The notes under the pieces were generated by a model that was not told the origin of the DNA, searched no databases, and worked only from the letters and a program-made list of their open reading frames with translations. A stretch of 58,301 nt of DNA, the filler included, from Sphacelaria rigidula (taxonomy: Eukaryota): assembly GCA_964200075.2 (NCBI GenBank). It is 8 parts of 8 records of this genome, joined end to end, with 100 filler letters (N's around TTAATTAATTAA, not from the genome) between each part and the next. Parts side by side here need not be neighbours in the genome. Positions count along the whole stretch, not along the records: positions 7,302 to 14,502 come from CAXNAA020015992.1; positions 14,603 to 21,802 come from CAXNAA020015993.1; positions 21,903 to 29,102 come from CAXNAA020015994.1; 5 more parts are not named here. The stretch is one strand, 5' to 3'. Numbering within the stretch: the first letter of the stretch is position 1; each line of letters opens with the position of its first letter. The position numbers and the translations under genes were made by a program. Below are positions 12,101-24,275 of this stretch, one piece after another.

Positions 12101-12359
12101 GGAAGGTGTAAATAATAGTCATGGTGTGGCGTCGTTCTGGCACGACAGCGGGAGGGCGATGGGAGAAGGATCGGATCCGGAAACAGATCACATCCGTCGT
12201 AATTGCTGGGACGACGAAGGAGATGGACCCTCACAGGGCGGGTCGAAGTATTCAGCGGGTATCTGGATTGGAGATTCTGATTCCGAGTGCAGCGGGTCGG
12301 AGGGAGAGGATTCTGTATCGGAAGCGGGCAAACACCACGACGAGGATTTCACGTTTTGA
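9125..12359 (+). pseudogene. Decayed XPG/FEN1-type PIN nuclease + Cys-cluster ORF, AcademX-like transposon protein (best supported over 10500-12359)
   Basis: LLAGCDFLPRVSGI (H3TH-like) in ORF 10951-11331; after a frameshift, CPDLDACSMHMAKSDAVFEYL...P....GRGW; then in the same frame across one TAA, YSCKP*..CRGCRCLGNCTLSCGCQGRC and an acidic tail. Multiple stops and frameshifts; no TIRs identified. Confidence 0.55.
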
Positions 12360-13761
12360 TCTAACCTGTAGAGGAAGTTGAAGACATGTATCGTGTAGAT
12401 AGATTGCGCAGGTATATATGTAACGGCGGCTGTTGTTGTCTCCTCCTCTGGGTATTGAGAGCTCGTTCCTTGCGATGATAAGAAATGTGTGCTGTGGTAA
12501 ATGTGGTGCGCCCTTGCGTGCACATCAATACAGCGAGTAGTCCGGCGATGCCCTTGGGCGAATCGCCGGCTGAAAGTGAAGGCAAGCATTCATTGATGGT
12601 AATCAAACGACTCAGAAAATATAATCAGGTGGAAGAAATGACCTTGCACTTTACCTTGGATTACTGTGCGACCCGGCCACCGCACGTGCATCGCCTCCAC
12701 GAGTTAGGCTGTGTCCAATTTTGTTCTGCACAGCGGGCGAACCACCGGGCATCCTTAATAACACTGATCGCAGTCGACAATCAAAATTGGGGAAGGAGTT
12801 ATTCAATGAGGATGACTACCGGGAAAGTTGAAATGGTGTTATCTACACCACTTCTTCGACCCCTTATTGCATTTGTTCATGTACTGGCAGCCATTAGCCA
12901 CAACTGCATGCCAAACGATTGTGGATGCGGAGCACCGAAGCTTTGAGGTACAAGGTGAAAAGGCAATGTTGGGGAATGTAGACGATCCTTTTGTATCGCG
13001 TACGTTACCCATATATATGTATATATATCATCCAGGGGCCCCGAATTTCGGTGCTCGAAACCCGGAATTGTACAGCGTGCAGTGTTTACCAATTGCTGCC
13101 GGTGGGTGAAGGGATGCAACAAATTTTCGAACAATTTGTGTGGATTCTATTATTTCAGCTTCCCGGTCATCATCCTTAGTAAATACCTCTACCCTCAATT
13201 TTGATGACCTAATGTGCAATGTGCTGCACGCTAGAAAGACGACGTCGGATGATGCTTTACCTCCTTTTCTACGTGCCACTTTTTCACCGATATTCCGCCT
13301 GCCTCACACCGGACAGTTGATGTGACCACCTATTCTTCGAAGCAAACCGCGACACCATTTCAGCGGTACCACTCTTTTTATTCGGAACGCTTATGGTCTC
13401 GCGGACGAAACAGCGAGTCGGGGGGATGTGACTGTGCGTCACACGTTACACGGTCATGCCGCAAGCACGCTGCACGCGCCATCCTAGAGTCAACGGCATG
13501 CACATGTGTGTAACGTAGTTCCTACTGGCGGGCAATGTTGGTTGTTGCATGTATGTTTGCGGAAATATATATCCCTAAAATATATACGTGGAAAGGTGCT
13601 ACGGTACAGGGGCGCAAGGACATATTCCGAGCGTCGAAATATTACGTGTCCTCCATCTCGGAACCACGACTAATAATGAAGTTTTCCCGAGTTTGAGAAT
13701 CTAGCGTTGATTGAGATTTTGTTTTTTATGTTTCACTCCAAAAAATTGTGCATTTTTTCCG

Positions 13762-14229
13762 TCAACCGGGGATTTTACAAAGTGGGGATGGTTTTGTATT
13801 GAGGATGAGAAACCCAGACAAATGAAATCTTCGTATCCACACGAAAAATTCGAAATATGGTTCCATTTTTCCACTTTCTGGTAGCTATTGACAGCTCCTA
13901 CACATCAAACAAATTTGGATTTCGATAGCCGATATGTTGGGGTCCTAGGTGAAGAAAACAATTTTGGAAATTTCGACCATCTGATCGGTTCATCTCAATT
14001 CCCCGAAAGTGTTTCTTCACCTATGACCCCAACATGTCTGTCGTGAGGACCTAAATCCGTATCGGGTGTAGTAGTTGTCGATAGGGGGTGTAGTAGTTGT
14101 CGATAGGGACCAGCAGGTGATGGAGTGAAACAATATTTCGGAGATTTGGTGTGGACACGAATATTTTAATTCTCCGAGTTATCATCCTAAATAAATAATC
14201 TATGCCCAATTTGTAGAATCCCTTGTTCA
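13762..14229. mobile_element. ~460-bp palindromic MITE (family M460)
   Basis: GGGATTTTACAAAGTGGG...CCCAATTTGTAGAATCCC; the arms pair inward (GTTGGGGTCCTAGGTGAAGAA / TTCTTCACCTATGACCCCAAC). Confidence 0.75.
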
Positions 14230-14345
14230 TTTTGTGTGTGTATGTGTGCGCGTTTTTCTTCTGTGTAACACGGTCGTGCGCTTACAGGTTCGCGTCATTA
14301 CATTTTTTACATGCATCATAAATCGGATCGGTTTTTAATGTGAAG

Positions 14346-14360
14346 ACAACAACGACAACG

Positions 14361-14396
<36 letters not shown>

Positions 14397-14398
14397 GC

Positions 14399-14496
<98 letters not shown>

Positions 14497-14502
14497 CGAC
14501 AA
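14346..14502. repeat. (CAA)n microsatellite at contig end
   Basis: Direct reading; a few CGA/CAG interruptions. Confidence 0.97.
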
Positions 14503-14602
14503 NNNNNNNNNNNNNNNNNNNNNNNNNNNNNNNNNNNNNNNNNNNNTTAATTAATTAANNNNNNNNNNNNNNNNNNNNNNNNNNNNNNNNNNNNNNNNNN
14601 NN

Positions 14603-14660
14603 ATGCGAGGTCAATGGTCTTATGACGATGGCATGCATGATCATGAGTACACCCCCCCCC
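14603..14660 (+). mobile_element. LINE 3' terminus (related subfamily) followed by a C-run
   Basis: ATGCGAGGTCAATGGTCTTATGACGATGGC...ATGAGTACA then CCCCCCCCC. Confidence 0.65.
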
Positions 14661-15419
14661 ACCAGACCCATGAACCTCGATACTCCTGACAACCTTTGGG
14701 TTTCGCACGAGATGACAAAACAGTTTTTTGTTTTCCTCTGAAACAGGGGAGAGAAACAGTGACGCTGTCAAAGCATTGCACTGTCATCGTTCTTGCATCG
14801 ATAGCTCAACGCCTGCACGCACTCGACCGCCAAGGCGATAAATGCAGTACCCACAATACTGAATGGATGGCACGCGGGTATCGGTGGTCAAGATCCAGAG
14901 GCACCTTCTAAGACCTACCTATAAATGCCCGTGTAACTCAAAACGTGTGACGCCCTAAATTTGCTTTTGCTACTCGCTTGAATCTCCTTTCAGTCTGATC
15001 AGGAGTACAAGGAATGTTCACTCATGATACTCCGTCTCCAAACTTATCATTACTCCATGACCAGAATAAAATTAAGCTGACCCGGACTACGTGTTGATGC
15101 AGGAACTTCAGCAGTTGTATCCTGAAACGAATGTACTTTAGTGTACTGTGTGTCGTACTGATGGCGAGATACGGTGTTCGCAGGAACCAACCCACGCTAT
15201 CCGACCCACAAGCACGATACCGAAAGCCGCCTAACGAGCGCCGTGATTTACTGTAGTGCTTGACAGTTGGGCGGGGAGCATTATTATATGTTGATCGCAT
15301 CGACTACTGAGTGCATGCGGTCTGCTGTGCCGCGCAATTCTGAACACATACAGCCTGTTGTGTGGCGCAACCCTTGTGACAAGAAAAGATCAGGAAATAG
15401 TTACCCTTGCTTCTCGCAA

Positions 15420-15785
15420 GAACACGGGATTTTACAAATAATTGGGGATGCTTTTTGGGGTGTACTCATGATCATGCATGCCATAGTCGTAAGACCATTG
15501 ACGCTTTTGGGGGGAGGGGGGGGGGATGAAAACCCGGAGAATTAAAATCTTCGTATCCACACCAAATCATCGAAGTATGCTTTCATTTCTTCACTTGCTC
15601 ATAGCTGTTGACAACTACTACACGCCATACAAATTTGGGTTTCGATAACCGGAAAGTCGAGGTCCTAGGTGAAGAACCAATTTTGGCGTCCGATCGGACA
15701 CCTAAAATCCCCCTAAATTGGTCTCGTTCTTGGGGTTTTCATCCCCAATAAAAGATCCATCCCCAATTTGTGAAATCCCGTCTTC
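15420..15785. mobile_element. Internally deleted M460 MITE carrying a 42-nt LINE tail insertion (15461-15502, minus strand)
   Basis: TIRs GAACACGGGATTTTACAAAT / ATTTGTGAAATCCCGTCTTC; the insert is flanked by GCTTTT(T)GGGG on both sides and is absent from the 13762 copy. Confidence 0.7.
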
Positions 15786-17927
15786 AAGCCATACCTATGC
15801 ACCACCAACGAGCGACAGATATTGTTCCGGTTTGGTTTTGACCCAGCATACTGCACGGTTACACTAACCCGGTACAAACCTTTGTAGGTGCTGAGCAAAG
15901 CTGTCTCCTTTCTATTATTGCATGATTAACACCGATCGGCAATTGCTGGGAGGTATGAAGAGCTACTTGGTGCCCTCTGTCTTCGCGTGAACATTTGTTG
16001 GGGAACGGCTGGGGGCCGTTGTGTTCCTGCAGAGCACTTTGAAGCCGAGGGCAAAACGCCTTCGGCAAGTAGCACAAGATAGATATCTCGGAGGTTCCTC
16101 AAAAGCACCACGATAAGCCGCTCTGGCCGTTCTCAGTGTTTCAAGCGTAGGGAAGCACTGGGACAAGTTGAGGTACACTTTTGTACGTGCCATCTCAAAC
16201 GTGCATGTAATGGGCTTCGAAGCACATCGAGGTACGCGCTTTCTCCCTGCGTTGTTGATGATTGAATGATTTGTCACCCGTTAACGAGTTGTGCCGCTTT
16301 AACCCCCCCAGAAAAATGGATGGTTTGAGGAGGCAAAACCCACGTATGAACCGGAAGGACAAAAGCCAAAAACACCGTTCATCTGCGGACTCTCACGTTT
16401 GCGATCGTTTTCGCGAACACTGCCCATGTAAGAGGCTTCATGAAGTCTACGACCAGCTATCATGCGCGGTATGGTCATATTCTGCGTTACAGATAGATTC
16501 TGGGGGGGGCTATCGTGTCAGGCATTACTCAAATCAATCCCAGAGGGATCTAGTACGCGTACCGCAAGATGAACAAGGCGAACCCTTGCCGTCGCGAAAC
16601 ACCCGAAAAACACCTATTAAGCACCGAGAGATGTGAATCAGTTTGCCGAAGCTGTCCCATTTATCATATGCTCGCACCAGCAAGAAACCGTTACGCACTA
16701 AGCAACGATATGTTCAGAGACTGAGCGACACCGAGTAAATGATAAAACGGCTTGTACAAATAACAAGAGTAAAGCTTGAAAATATGTAACGAGCGTTTCA
16801 AAGATTACTCAACTGATTAAACGCCCGAGATGAAGCAGGGAATGCTGAGCTGAGAACCGCTCAAGAGCTTTCCGAACTTTTTCTACTTGTGGTGTTAATG
16901 TCAGCACTATGTAAACGATCGAGTCCTCCGTCGTCCTCCATCCCTCACCTCTACTCCGAATTCCGTTCCAAAGTATAGCGCGTCACCACAGAAGGCCGCA
17001 CATACCTGGAGACGACCCACACATGAGTAATTCATGCAAAATAGAAATAAAAGTATGGCCAGAGGGGGGGGGGGTTAGGAACAATTGGTACATGAGCAGA
17101 TTTCGAGAAAAATAAATCATTTTACACTCTCGGGTACAGATAAAATGTAAAAGGGCCATGCAGTATGGTCACTAGACACGTGCTTTCGGGTCGAGACAGA
17201 TTGGGCCAGCTGTACTTCACTGCTAGCCAGCGATATCTGATAGCTGGATAACAGCCTTTGTAGAAGCGTCCGTTCATCCGCGCAGTCCGTAGGCGTATGG
17301 AACGCCTGTCCTCTCTTACTCCGTATCACTCATTCAGTGCTCTTTCACTCGTCTTACCGGAAATGAGTGGCTTCGGGCAATAGACTTTTGTAAGTGGAAG
17401 CCGTCGGGGGAAATCTGAACTACTCCCGGCAACCATTTTGACGAACCGATAGCAGTCTCTGATCAAGCCTGATCAGACCTACAATCTCTGCAAAACACCC
17501 TGTACAAACCTCAAAGTGCCTACTCCACTGGTCTGCGAAGGAACGACGGTAAACGCCCCTCAAATTCATGACACTAGCCCACCCAGATGAGCCTCTACTG
17601 CAGCTGCTTATCAGTAGTCTCAAAACGCAACGAAAACTGAGGCTTGTTCTCACTTGTAAAGTCATGAGCGGCTAGGAAGGCTGAAGCAATCCCCGACCCT
17701 CCCACATCTCAAACAGTGGAAACACAATCTGCTTCATAAAGCACAATATTGAGTCAATACGCAGGGGTACGAACTACTTTTGTGTACTAGCGAGCACGCA
17801 AGCGAAAAAACACAGAACTCGTTGTCCTACCGTTGACGCCAATGTGAAGGAGCTACGTAGCATGATGGTCACTAGACAAGTGATTATGGTCGATAAATCG
17901 ATAAAGATTAGCCCGGGTGTACTTCAA

Positions 17928-18268
17928 GCTGGTCGCCCCGGTCGCTCAGTTGGTTACCTCGAAACTCTCAGACGGTTGGGTCGTGGGTTCGAATCTCGGA
18001 ACGATCCGGGATTTTATCTCACCCAATGCCCAACAGTGGAGAGCGACTCTGTCGTGAGTACACAAAATTCGATTTAACGGTCGACGAGGGAAAGGGACTG
18101 CTGAACTCCTCTCGCGATAAAAAAGGCAACCACCGCAGAAGGAAGGTGGATAATTAAAAAAAGAAAACATGTGTTGGCCTTTCTCCTGTGTGGCCCCGGC
18201 TGGCGCGCCCACATATACCGCAAGGTATTGACAGGCGTCCAGGAGAGATGGGATGACAACACACACAC
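17928..18268 (+). mobile_element. tRNA-derived SINE, copy 2
   Basis: GGTCGCCCCGGTCGCTCAGTTGG...GGTTCGAATCTCGG, same body, short CA tail; interrupts an older repeat whose uninterrupted form is visible at ~17210-17240. Confidence 0.88.
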
Positions 18269-20119
18269 GTCACAGCTAGCCAGCAATATCTGACGGCTGG
18301 ATAGCACTCTTTGCAACACTGCCCTTCCATTCACGCAGTGCTCATGATCTTGCGTGCCATAGTCATGTAACCATTGACCTCTCATCCCTACGAAGTCGAG
18401 ACGGAGCACGCTGAGTTTCCGCCGGACCAGGCTCGCAGAAGTAGGTAGGTTGAATATCTTGTGCCCTCTTACTCTGTATCGCTCGTTCAATGCTTCTCGA
18501 GGTTGTAAATGGAAGCCTTGAAGAAAATCCTCAGCTGCTTTACAGCTCCTGTTCATACAATCCAATATTCGTCTCTGACCAAGCTTGATCAAAAGTACAA
18601 CCACACATAATGTTCCTCTCAACGGATATCTAAACGCCAAATTCACGGATCTGCGAAGGCATGGCGGTAAACGCCTTTAGCGTTATGGGAAAGAGAAGTG
18701 TACATGTTTTCTTCGTACAGTATATGTCTTGAGATCCATACAAAAAACAAGATTATATATTCGGATTTCAGAATCAAGGTGCAGCGTCGACGCTACATCT
18801 ATTCTGGAAACGACACGTTCCACAAAAGCTGAGTTGGAGCGAAGCTCGAGATGCGCCCGTCGTATGCCCACCTTGTTTCGGCATAGTGCGCGGCAAGACA
18901 AAACGGCATCTGTATTAGTCCATCGTCGACCACAACTGACATATTTTAGTCCGATCACTCGAAAATTACGCGTGAAGTCTTGAAGAGAGGAGTCGATACA
19001 TGAATCTCGAGGGGCTGACCGACTTTGCTTCAAAAACGTGCAGGGAAAATGATTCAAAAAGGACCAACGCTTAGCCGCAGGGCTACACACACCGAACAGG
19101 GTTTTGCTATGAACTGACACATAACACCTTGTGGTTCGACAACCACATGACTCGGCGTTCAACATTACAACCGAATATGGATGAATGAGTGCATGAATGG
19201 ATGAACCAATAAATATGAGGTAGTGTGATCGTTCATTTCAGTTTTTTGCCCTTTCAGAAAACACAAAAAAACGCAGCAACAGCTGTGGTATTTACCGCGG
19301 TGGTCATGCTTGAATCGTTTTTCTTGGAAGGTCCAGACAGCACGGGTGTGGCCGAGTCGTCCTCGAAACACCCCAAAACGTCGTACTCGTAGCCCTTGTC
19401 GAACTCGTAGACATTGATGGCATCGATTCCACCGCACGTCTGAGAAGCATCGCCGGTGCACGTAAAGCTGCAGGCAGGGGACTTTGCCCGCTCGGAGGGG
19501 TCATCCCCTATAGCGCTGCAGAAGCACTGTCATACAAGGATGGGGGCCGGCGCGAAAATACGATTCATTTATTCCATTTGCCATATCGAATGAAATTTAC
19601 TTCTACATTTATCGGGCTCTTTTACATTTGAATCGCTTCAAAACTCATTCGAAAGCCAACTGTTGATTGCTTCAATTGTGCATGGATTATGCTCTCAGGT
19701 GGCGTACGATGTCGCTCACCTCCTGCCCGAATTCTACGCCGAAAAATGCGGACCTAGCTCCATCGCATAGACCGGCGCATTTCTGGTGGCGCCAAGAGCG
19801 GCAAGTCACGGGCAGAGACCCCAAAGCATTCGGGGCACAGAAGCACAAAAGGTCGGGGGGTGGGGGGGGGGGGAGAAGGCGACTAAAGCATAAGTGCGAG
19901 TTTGCCTCCCGTGTAGTCAAGATGGACGTTTGGGCTCCTGATGCATGAGAGCCCGTGCCCGGCACATGTGAAGCAGGGAACCGTGAATACCTCAGAACAC
20001 TACGAGTTCCAGGGTATGCGGGGTATCGCATACCTCGGAGCTCTTCGAATATATACTTTGTCATTCACTGCGTTCTGTTTTTACATTTTTCCGTCTACTA
20101 TATTCGTTTCCCCTGCTTT

Positions 20120-20175
<56 letters not shown>
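20120..20175. repeat. (CT)n microsatellite
   Basis: Direct reading. Confidence 0.95.
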
Positions 20176-20178
<3 letters not shown>

Positions 20179-20284
20179 ATTTTCCCACTTTCTCGAGCTT
20201 CATTTCCCATTTTCTCGAGCTTCATTCAGCGAGTGCTCCTGTCAATATTTGCATTGGGTGCATCCTCCTTCCCCCTTCCTTTCG

Positions 20285-21216
20285 GTTGAAGAGCTGAAAT
20301 CGGTACAGATGACAGCAGCTAAGAAGATACTTGGATGTTCAAGAACGACGAGTAATACGCTGGTGAGAGCAGAATTGGAAATTTACACACTTAGAACAAA
20401 TAGAGACATGAGAAATTGGAATGGCAATATGACATCAAAAGAGCACCAAGAAAGAGATTGTCAGCCATAGTCGACAGGGCAATATGGAAGAAAGTGACCA
20501 CACAACAGACCGGGAAAAGGCGGGATAGAGAAGTCGAGATAGTATGGATTGGCATAGGAGAAAACGAAGACGAGATTATGCCCATAGGTGACTGCGGGGG
20601 GGGCAAGCGAAAGGTAGGAGACAGTATGGAAGTATGGAAGTAAGGGGGAAACAAGCGCTACAACGAAATGTAGACGAGGAAGAGCACCTGAATATAATGG
20701 GGGGTTGGCAGAGGAGACAGGGATGAAAACACCCACACACGGCCGATGGACTCCGCCAAACAATTGAAATTGCGATTCCAAATGGGGGGCCTGGACCTGC
20801 CAGAAAGAAGCAAGAGGTAGACCAGTAGTCGAGTGGAAGCGGAAGAAGATGTACAGAATTGCCCCCGTGGCAAAGAAACAGAGGGTAGAACGCATATAAT
20901 GGCATAAAACGAATCGTACAAGGAGAAATGAGACGCGTTCGAGGGGAGATGTGAGAAGACAACGCAAGCGGCATGAAACCGTTTGATACATTGGACAGGG
21001 CGAGAAATCGGTCGCCATACTAGAAGATAGATAATGGCCACAGACGGCGAAACAGGAAGGGAATGAGATATCTGAAAGGTTCTTGTACAGTGTACGGAAG
21101 AAACGTAATGGGCGCCCAAACGTTGGAGGTTTATCTCTTCGGAGTAGAAACGGTGCTCCGTCTGGAAGGGCATGCGTAGTCAATAGGTCAAATTACTAAG
21201 GCGAGTAACAAATGAG
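20285..21216 (+). mobile_element. 5'-truncated non-LTR retrotransposon (LINE): post-RT C-terminal region and 3' UTR, degenerate
   Basis: Frameshifted translation ELKSVQMTAAKKILGCSRTTSNTLVRAELEIYTL..RD..KLEWQY...RL typical of LINE ORF2 after the RT domain; decayed Cys/His knuckle (CPRGKETEGRTH); conserved 3' end; further fragments at 21250-21489 and 21745-21802. Confidence 0.8.
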
Positions 21217-22097
21217 TCTTCCTCCCTCCCCCCGTTCCACGTTGAGTGGGAAATGCGGGCATTACACAAAAGGTAGTTTGAAATTGTTTGGCACATTGGA
21301 CAGTAGCGAGAAAACGATCGTTACACTAGGAGATTGATGGTGGCCACAGACGGCGAAACGGGAAGGGGGAAAGCTATGCCCAAGGTTCTCGGGTACTGTA
21401 TGGAAGAAACGCAGTGAGCGATCCAATGTTGGAGGTGTCTCTGTTAGGATCGGGAACGGTGCCCCGTCTCGAAAGGGATACGTGGTCAGAATCATCCTAC
21501 GATAGGGGGAGGGGGGGGTATTTCGGGCAACTGCTTGCACGAAGTTCAAAGTCGAATCGCTGTTGAAAGCAGCAAGGGTTGTTCGAACGAGCTTGTCATA
21601 GAAATATGACGCTCATTTATACTGCTCGACACCGTTTCAAACCAAATACAAGCGCACCGCGAGTGTCTTAAGCCGTCTGACACACCTACAAGCCTCTTGT
21701 TTCGTGAATCAAGTACCTCCCCCCCCCACTCCCCCTTGTGTAATATATGGAAGAAACGTAATGAGCTACAGAAGGAAGGTAATGAGCGCCAGAATGTTGG
21801 AGNNNNNNNNNNNNNNNNNNNNNNNNNNNNNNNNNNNNNNNNNNNNTTAATTAATTAANNNNNNNNNNNNNNNNNNNNNNNNNNNNNNNNNNNNNNNNNN
21901 NNTCGATTTACGTGAAGATTTTGCCTCCCAAAACCATGCACTTTTGGGGGGGGGCTATCGTAGAAAGTGTCCAAACAAACAAACAAACAATCAATCGATA
22001 TGGGACAACTAACCAATAAACCAATCAACCGATTATGAGACAACCAACCAACCGACCGGACAAAACAATCAACGCATGCAAAACGCCATATACACAC

Positions 22098-24189
22098 CTG
22101 ACGGAGCACGCCACCAAGTTCCGCCGCCGCCTTCGCAGATCCCAGCGGCTTCATCTCCTTCGCACGTCCCCGGGCTCGAGAAAACGCCTCCACAAGTGCG
22201 TCCATGGAACATAGCCCAGACAACGCAGGGGCACCCGGTCGCTTCATGGCTGCCGCCAAAATCCTCGACAACTCGTCAAACTTGCCGCCATCGTTGATGC
22301 TGCTGCTACCGCTGATGCCATCCACTGCCCCGTTGAGATTCGTGCCGTCCCAACGTTTGCAGCATAGGTACGCAGGGAGAGAGAGGCAGAGCGAGCATTG
22401 GGTAGATCACAGAATGGTGCAAGTCATCCGACCCGATTAAAACCGATTTGTTCCTTGCGCATGTGCGTTGCCGCACCTCCCGGTGGTGAAGACGGATATC
22501 GATTGATCGATTGATTGGTTGGTTGGTTGGTTGGTTGGTTGGTTGACTGACTGATTGTCGCACATAACTGTAGCCGATAACCAACAGTAGTTTTGCGGCC
22601 GACTTCGAGAAGGTAAATGATTGATTCAATGGTTGATTGTCAGAAAATAATTGTAATTGGTCCACTACGAGTCATCATCCAGCCGCGGTTTGTTGCAAGA
22701 TGGACGTACGCACCCAAGGTGGACAGACGGAGACACTCGCTACTGGTACAGCAAACGAAAACTCGAGACGAGGGGGAATACGAGAGGGAAAGGCGGAACG
22801 AGAAACAAAGCGTGGGGGAACAAACAGCTTGAACTGCAACAACAACAACAATAACAAGGCTGAGATAGAGATCTATTCAAAACCGGTAACGAAAAAAAAA
22901 TACAATAACGAACAAGAAAACAAAAGGTAGGCCCCTGTCGCGTGCAAGGCTCCACACAAGGAGAATATACAGACTCCGTGGATTGGAGATCCCACCGGTA
23001 TATACAGAGTCGTGTCTTCCGGTTCCACCGTACAAAAGACGTGAGAAAAACGGTTGCACAAACGATAAAGGTAGACGAGAGTTGACGGGCTCCAGGAGTG
23101 CTGACCCAATGCTCCATGAGGGCGGGTGCTTCAAAAACTGGGGGGAAGGAGGGGAGTACAGGGGAGTGTACTCGTGAGTCTGCATACCGCAGTCCTAAGA
23201 CCGTTAACTTCGCATCCCTATAGAGCCGGGACGAAGCGCGCCGGTTTTTCGGCGGATCAGGGTCGACAGGGCTGAGACGAATCGATCCCTTCGAACTACG
23301 AACTCGTCTCAAGCCGGGGAAGACAGGGGGTAGGGTGGGTAACAGAGAGTGACGTTTCATGATCACTGCTTCAATTTTGTGCGCCCGGGGATGTTGTTCC
23401 GAGATCGAGATTCAGTCAATTCGCATAAAAATATATATCGCGCGAAACTAAAGATGATAAGGAAAGGCTACTTGTTTGTCCACAGGGAACCTTTTTTCTC
23501 TTCGCAATTTTTTTTTTTTCGTTCAACTTTCTTCGGGAGTATGTCCATTGCATCGGAGACGAGATTAATGTTCGTTTCCCCTTCTGTGTGTGTGTGTGTA
23601 TGTGTGTGTGTTTGTATTACTTCAAACTTTGCGGTGGTGCTTTCTCACGGCGCGAGGTGGCCCGCAACACTGCGGAACGGGCGAACGGGCGGGCTTGTCT
23701 TGTCAACTTCAGGCAGGCTTCGCACCGTACACCTTACACACACATTCTCAGCCCGAAATGTACTCGGCCATACTACAAACCTCTTCACGCCATCCTCACC
23801 TTTCCCTCGCCGCCCCACTGGCGTCGGTGGCGCCTCGTTGATATCAATTCCCCGCCAATTTTTTGTCTCCCTGGCTCCTGTTGCTACTCCTGCGGGGTAA
23901 TTCATCATCCCGTCGCCGGTCGTCCCGCCTGTTACTATTGGTTCATCGATCTCCATCTCCGCGTCGTCTGCGCTGCTGGCTACGCTGTCATTCCATATCC
24001 GTTCCTCATCATCTGCCGGCGCGGGCGATTCTCCGGTTGCAGCTGAGCGAGCGAGTACATACACGCGCGCGTATGTTTCCGGAGGCGTTAGGGGGGGACG
24101 GCGGGCGGGGGGGGGAAGGGGGGGGGGGGGGGGGGGGGCGTGACCTCGCAAGCCGGAGTCCTAAGGACATGGCGCTCCATGTGCTANNN

Positions 24190-24275
<86 letters not shown>

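Noticed and set aside
14340-14558. Poly-Thr ORF and other ORFs ending in LIN or made of CV/HT/SL repeats
   Set aside because: Translations of microsatellites and of the artificial linker.
15900-16640. Possible decayed retroelement coding region on the minus strand
   Set aside because: No diagnostic motif could be recovered in any frame.
24107-24274. Poly-Gly ORF or G-quadruplex array
   Set aside because: An ~85-nt pure G run next to Ns is typical of two-colour sequencing or gap-fill artefacts; its length is unreliable.
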